Shown piece after piece: positions 52,609 to 64,000 of a DNA stretch of 64,000 bases. Below the pieces are notes generated by a model. It ran no database searches. It had not been told where the DNA came from and worked only from the letters and a program-made list of their open reading frames with translations. The position numbers and the translations under genes are program-made. Position 1 is the first letter of the stretch; each line of letters starts with the position of its first letter. Source of the DNA: Amoebidium appalachense (Eukaryota; Protista; Ichthyosporea); contig CAVNZM010000005.1 of NCBI GenBank assembly GCA_963693365.1, forward strand, positions 2,470,342 to 2,534,341. Direction: 5' to 3'.

Positions 52609-54884
52609 CACCACCACCACCACCACCATCACCAAACCCCAAATCCAATCTCCGACCCCCCAGCCCCGCCTGCGCACAGATGAGGGTGTTGCAGTTCGTG
52701 TTTGCATGTGCGCATCAGTATCGAGCTATGGGCAGACACAGAGCTATGCCTTCTCAACTCGGCCTTGTGTACCTGTTTCAAACCCCCCCCCCCCCCCCCC
52801 CCCAAACACACACACACACAGACACCCATAATTAGTTGGCCTCTGCCTATGACTTATATGTTCGTGTTTCTCTGTTAATGTCGTGCTCGGTTTGTCTGTG
52901 CGCCAGATGGCATTACCCAGCGGGGAAGGAGGTGTGTGTGTGTGTGTGTGTGTGTGGGGAGGGGGGGGGGGGGAGTAAACGATTGGAACTGCTTTTTTTT
53001 TTTTTTAAGCACCTTGGGATCTTCGTACATGTGAATCTGCCTACTCCATTCTGGGCACACTGGGTACCCATTCTAACCACCCCCCCCCCCCCCCCCCCTT
53101 CCCCCCCCCGACACACATCCACCCTTTCCTCCCTCTATCCTCCGTTCCCCAAAAGAATGTGCATCACGCACCATGGGCCCAAGCAGGCGCGGCTCAGGAT
53201 TACGTCTGAGATCTACTTCAAGAAGAGTGTCATGGGCCCAGTCAAGTATGCCATTCAAAAGAGCTCATACTCCATGATCGGTAATAGCCCCCCTCCTCTC
53301 CCCCCTCTCCACGCCCCCCAATGTGTTGTTCGTTTCGAATTCGTACTTTTTTTGTGTGTGTGAATTTGTACCTCGTACTCTGTAACACATTCAACCCCCT
53401 TCCCCCCTCCCCCTCCCCCATCGGCCACCACCAGTACCACCACTGCCAACCCGCCCACCCACCCACTCCCTCTCCTGGCAGGCACCTCTTGCGTCTTCCC
53501 GGATCTTCTGCCTCGTACAATTAGTTTTTTGTTTTTTTGCCAAATACCACAAGTATACACACACACACCGATATCCCCGACTCCCTCTTCTCCCCCTTCT
53601 CCCCCTTCTCCCCCTCGTTGCACTTGCCTGCTTTCCCCTTTCTTTATTTACAACACATGCTTTCCCTACATATTGCTCTGTCTCCACCATCATTCGAACA
53701 ACTCTCTAACCCCCCCCCCCCCCCCCCCCCCCCTTCTCCCCCTTCTGCCCGCCCCATCACACACAGGCACACACACACACACATACACGCACACGCACGC
53801 GCACGCGCACGCACACGCACACTCACACAAACACACACACACACATACGCACACACGTACACACGTACACACGTACACACACACACAGAGGAGAACCACC
53901 AAGCGCTAGTGCAGGCCATAAAGCGCTATCTGGCCGGTGGCCTAATTGCCGCCCCGGGAGGCACACCGGCCGAATCCAATGCATTGAAAGCAGGCGTGAC
54001 CCAACCGATAGCCCCAAGTGTGGGTGGAGGGGTGCCGGTGGCTGTGGCTGGGGAGGGATGGGTGCTGCCTCCCGTTGTTGGGGTTGCAATTGGGGTGCTG
54101 GTGCTGGTGGTGGTTGTGTGCCTTATAATACTGGTCGTGTACCTGGGCAGGCTGCAGGTACTTATACCCCCCCCCCCCCCTCTCCCCTCCCTTCTCCAAA
54201 AAAGAGAAAAATATTTTTTTTAATAAAAAGCACAAACATTACAAAAAGGGAAAAGGGACAATACACTTACCATGTGTTGACATTGTTGCTCTGATTTATC
54301 TTCCTCTCTGACGTCCTTGTTCCTAACACGCTTCTGTTGCAACGGGCAATTGTTGTGGGTACGTGTGCACAGTCAGAGGATTGCCTGACTCACGAATACG
54401 GTGGTATGGGCTTCTTGGGAACACGCAAACACAGAAGCCTATACCTACACCCGCTATATCCCCCCCCCCCCCCCCCACTCTGCATCGTGTTGTCCGTTGT
54501 TTTTTTGTGCTTCGTACTTAATAGCGCAACCCCCCCCCCCCCCCCCCCCCCCCCTCCGCCGGGCAAAAGAAACACACACAACACACACCCACCCACACAC
54601 ACCTATCTTTACACATGTACACACGCATGTGTGTGCGCACACACACACGCATGCATGTGCGCGCGCGCACACACACCCACAAGCTCAGACGCGTGCGAGC
54701 ACGCACACACACGTGTGTTGCCCATGGGCTTCAGAGCATTCTCCCACATTTATTTGAACCCCCCCGCCCCCCTTCCCCCAGTGCATACTTTTGCTGTGTG
54801 TTCTGCAACTTCCGTATTGAATTTCCGTTGATCCGCCGTGAATGTGTACTTGGCACCCTGTTACACATGCTTACCCCCCCCCCT

Positions 54885-54928
<44 letters not shown>

Positions 54929-55025
54929 TTTTTTTCCCCGTGTGGTGCAGGAGTCGCTCGACCGGCTGGTGGAGATTCAGCAGGCACTGCTCCAGTCTGC
55001 AGCCCAATGCAATGTTAAGATGTGA
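44336..55025 (+). CDS. GRAMD1: GRAM + VASt (StART-like) + C-terminal TM lipid/sterol transfer protein (GRAMD1/Aster/Lam family)
   Basis: Exons 44336-44531 (least certain), 47672-48038, 48681-48926, 49843-49936 (GRAM: [14 protein letters not shown]...LPTAI...[20 protein letters not shown]), 50836-50936, 51381-51701, 52215-52298, 53156-53280 (VASt: [12 protein letters not shown]...TPKLPYGDS...[13 protein letters not shown]), 53889-54157 (TM helix), 54951-55025. Small extra 5' exons are possible. Confidence 0.9.
45362..45675 (+). mobile_element. 5'-truncated Penelope-like retroelement RT C-terminal (thumb) fragment, Naiad/Chlamys-like
   Basis: Translation [37 protein letters not shown]...[15 protein letters not shown]...F fits the PLE RT C-terminal pattern (FP..SNI....YG...SQL.RY.R.CS....F......L...L...GY). 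The stop at 45656 has no downstream GIY-YIG, and a poly-C run starts about 20 nt later. Confidence 0.72.
45735..45866 (+). mobile_element. Internal fragment of the poly(C) element (the structured segment), flanked by C-runs
   Basis: Matches ~47079-47210 and lies directly after the C-run that ends the Penelope-like RT fragment. Confidence 0.8.
46778..47342 (+). mobile_element. Poly(C)-terminated non-autonomous retro-element, long copy (may extend to ~46690)
   Basis: Near-identical to 62238-62804, with no long ORF. Ends ...GTACTTCGTACTTTTTGACGCATTCAA then C-run. Lies in the first intron of the GRAMD1-like gene. Confidence 0.85.
49397..49655. mobile_element. MITE with ~40-bp imperfect TIRs starting TTAAAG (Kolobok-like terminus)
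   Basis: TTAAAGCAACCACCGCTACTTCCATTTTAGCGTCTGGGCG is inverted at 49616-49655 with about 4 mismatches; intronic. Confidence 0.7.
52325..52464 (+). mobile_element. 5'-truncated copy of the poly(C) element inserted within a C-run
   Basis: Poly-C on both sides (52304-52324 and from 52465), about 25 nt downstream of a splice donor. Confidence 0.87.
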
Positions 55026-55659
55026 AACTGGACATCGGGTATGAGGGTTAACCTTTGTAGTACATACTATCAGCATGATGGATTGATGTCGATATCCTGG
55101 TAGTTGCGTGAACGTACTATGAGTTGTAGCATGCATGTGTATTGCGAAATATGTATCGTATGATGGAATGAATTGACACGCGTGATATAATATTACGTGA
55201 CTGGTTGTTTTGTTTTTAGATTAGTAGGCCGAGGCACGTTACATAAGAAAGGGAAGATGTGAAAGCTGTCTTTATGTGCTCCATGTAAGAGTAGGAACTG
55301 TGTTGTATGATAAGGTATTACATCTTCTACTTTGCTTGCTGTCAACCTGGCACGGCAGCCTGTTTAAATACAAGTTCCATTTTTATTTTTGTTCCCTCAA
55401 TACTGCCAGAGGGTATTTCAATCCATTGCACCACATGATGTGTGGTGTGTCAACCATTGGGTACTCCAGTAGATACGGAAACCCCATGATTGATATGCAA
55501 TCGTCCGTATGGCGTATTTTTCCAAACAACTCTATAACGGCTAAAAATCAATAGAAAATGCTGAAATAAATTTAAATTTTATATGCCGACGGGTATCTGT
55601 CTCATCTATTATACTTTTACTAAGTTCGGGCAACAATTTGCTTTGCCTTGTCTAGACAA

Positions 55660-55704
<45 letters not shown>

Positions 55705-56438
55705 AGAACACCATGCGATCTCATTGGCTCCTCCAGTGAATGGCGCGAAAACTATGATATTGGTGACGTCAATCTCCGTCACGAAGGTGCATGCGCGAAT
55801 TGCATCGCGAAAGGGCCCGGGAACTGTCACCTGCAGCTTGTAGCTACTATAGTGTGGTGGTAAACAGGACACAGAGGGGTTGGAACAGCATCGGAGGAAA
55901 GGGAGGGAGGTAAGCACGCCAACGACATACTCAGAAGCTACAGAATGGAAGTTGGTCAGACAGTCTAGCGGAAGGGAAAGAAGAAGGGGGCTCGAATAGA
56001 AGTAAAGGCCTTTTGCTAGACTGGGAAAGGAAAAATGCTCTGGTGCTTGTGTGCGAGGTAGTTTGCGAGTGTAACTATGTGTATGCATGTGTGCATTCGT
56101 GCTTGCGTGGGTGTTTGTGGATGGAGGGGAGCAGGCGAGCAGCAGAGCACCAATATAAAGTAGAGACTCAGTCGAGAAGGCAGTTGGGACACGGGACATG
56201 TTGCTGTGATAAACACACGACATCACCCCTGGGTTCATCAGCCTCTTAAATCCCAGCCGATACATCCACAGGCATGTGGGGAAAGCGCTGTCAGCAAGTT
56301 GAGGGTTTGGTAGCTGTGACAGCGTGTTATGGACGTTGACCTCTGACCATCTAAATCTACAACTGAATTCAACGTTTCCTATAAAACCAACACGACTTCT
56401 CCCTCACAGGCCCAACCACCATACCTGCACCTACCACC

Positions 56439-63813
<7,375 letters not shown>

Positions 63814-63822
63814 GTATGCCCC

Positions 63823-63860
<38 letters not shown>

Positions 63861-64000
63861 ACCACCTACCACCACCCACCCACCCACCCCTAATCCATTT
63901 CCTCCTGGAGGTCCCCCCCTCCCTCCCCCTTCCCCCCTCTCCCCTCCCACCACCACCACCACCACCACCACAACCAGGAGCACATGATTATCCTAAACTG

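Noticed and set aside
55609-56265. Small minus-strand gene divergent from the membrane protein gene
   Set aside because: Exon-like pieces exist, but the splice combinations I tried gave early stops and no recognisable protein.

Overview
This is eukaryotic, intron-rich genomic DNA. The gene set (Myc-type bHLH-ZIP, KCTD5-type BTB, CAND1, GRAMD1) suggests a holozoan, possibly unicellular; that is inference. Most ORF-track entries are artefacts of poly-C/poly-G, (CA)n/(GT)n and (CT)n tracts. Manual splicing gives seven genes: the CAND1 3' end (+), KCTD5-like (+), Myc-like bHLH-ZIP (-), an orphan 5-exon gene (-), a calcineurin B/CHP EF-hand gene (+), a GRAMD1/Aster-like GRAM-VASt-TM gene (+), and an unknown signal-peptide multi-TM gene running off the right end (+). 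About 11.4-30 kb is gene-poor and repeat-rich. The main novelty candidate is a non-coding retro-element family of about 570 bp: copies are 5'-truncated to different extents, end in poly(C) rather than poly(A), lie in introns in the sense orientation, and carry a candidate pseudoknot with one compensatory change. A Penelope-like (Naiad/Chlamys-type) RT C-terminal fragment that also ends in poly(C) lies next to one copy. Also present are LINE 3' fragments with a CCHC knuckle, two TIR MITE families, two GC-AG introns, and 3' splice sites with a branch point but no pyrimidine tract. All gene models were made by eye, and homopolymer lengths may be affected by assembly error.
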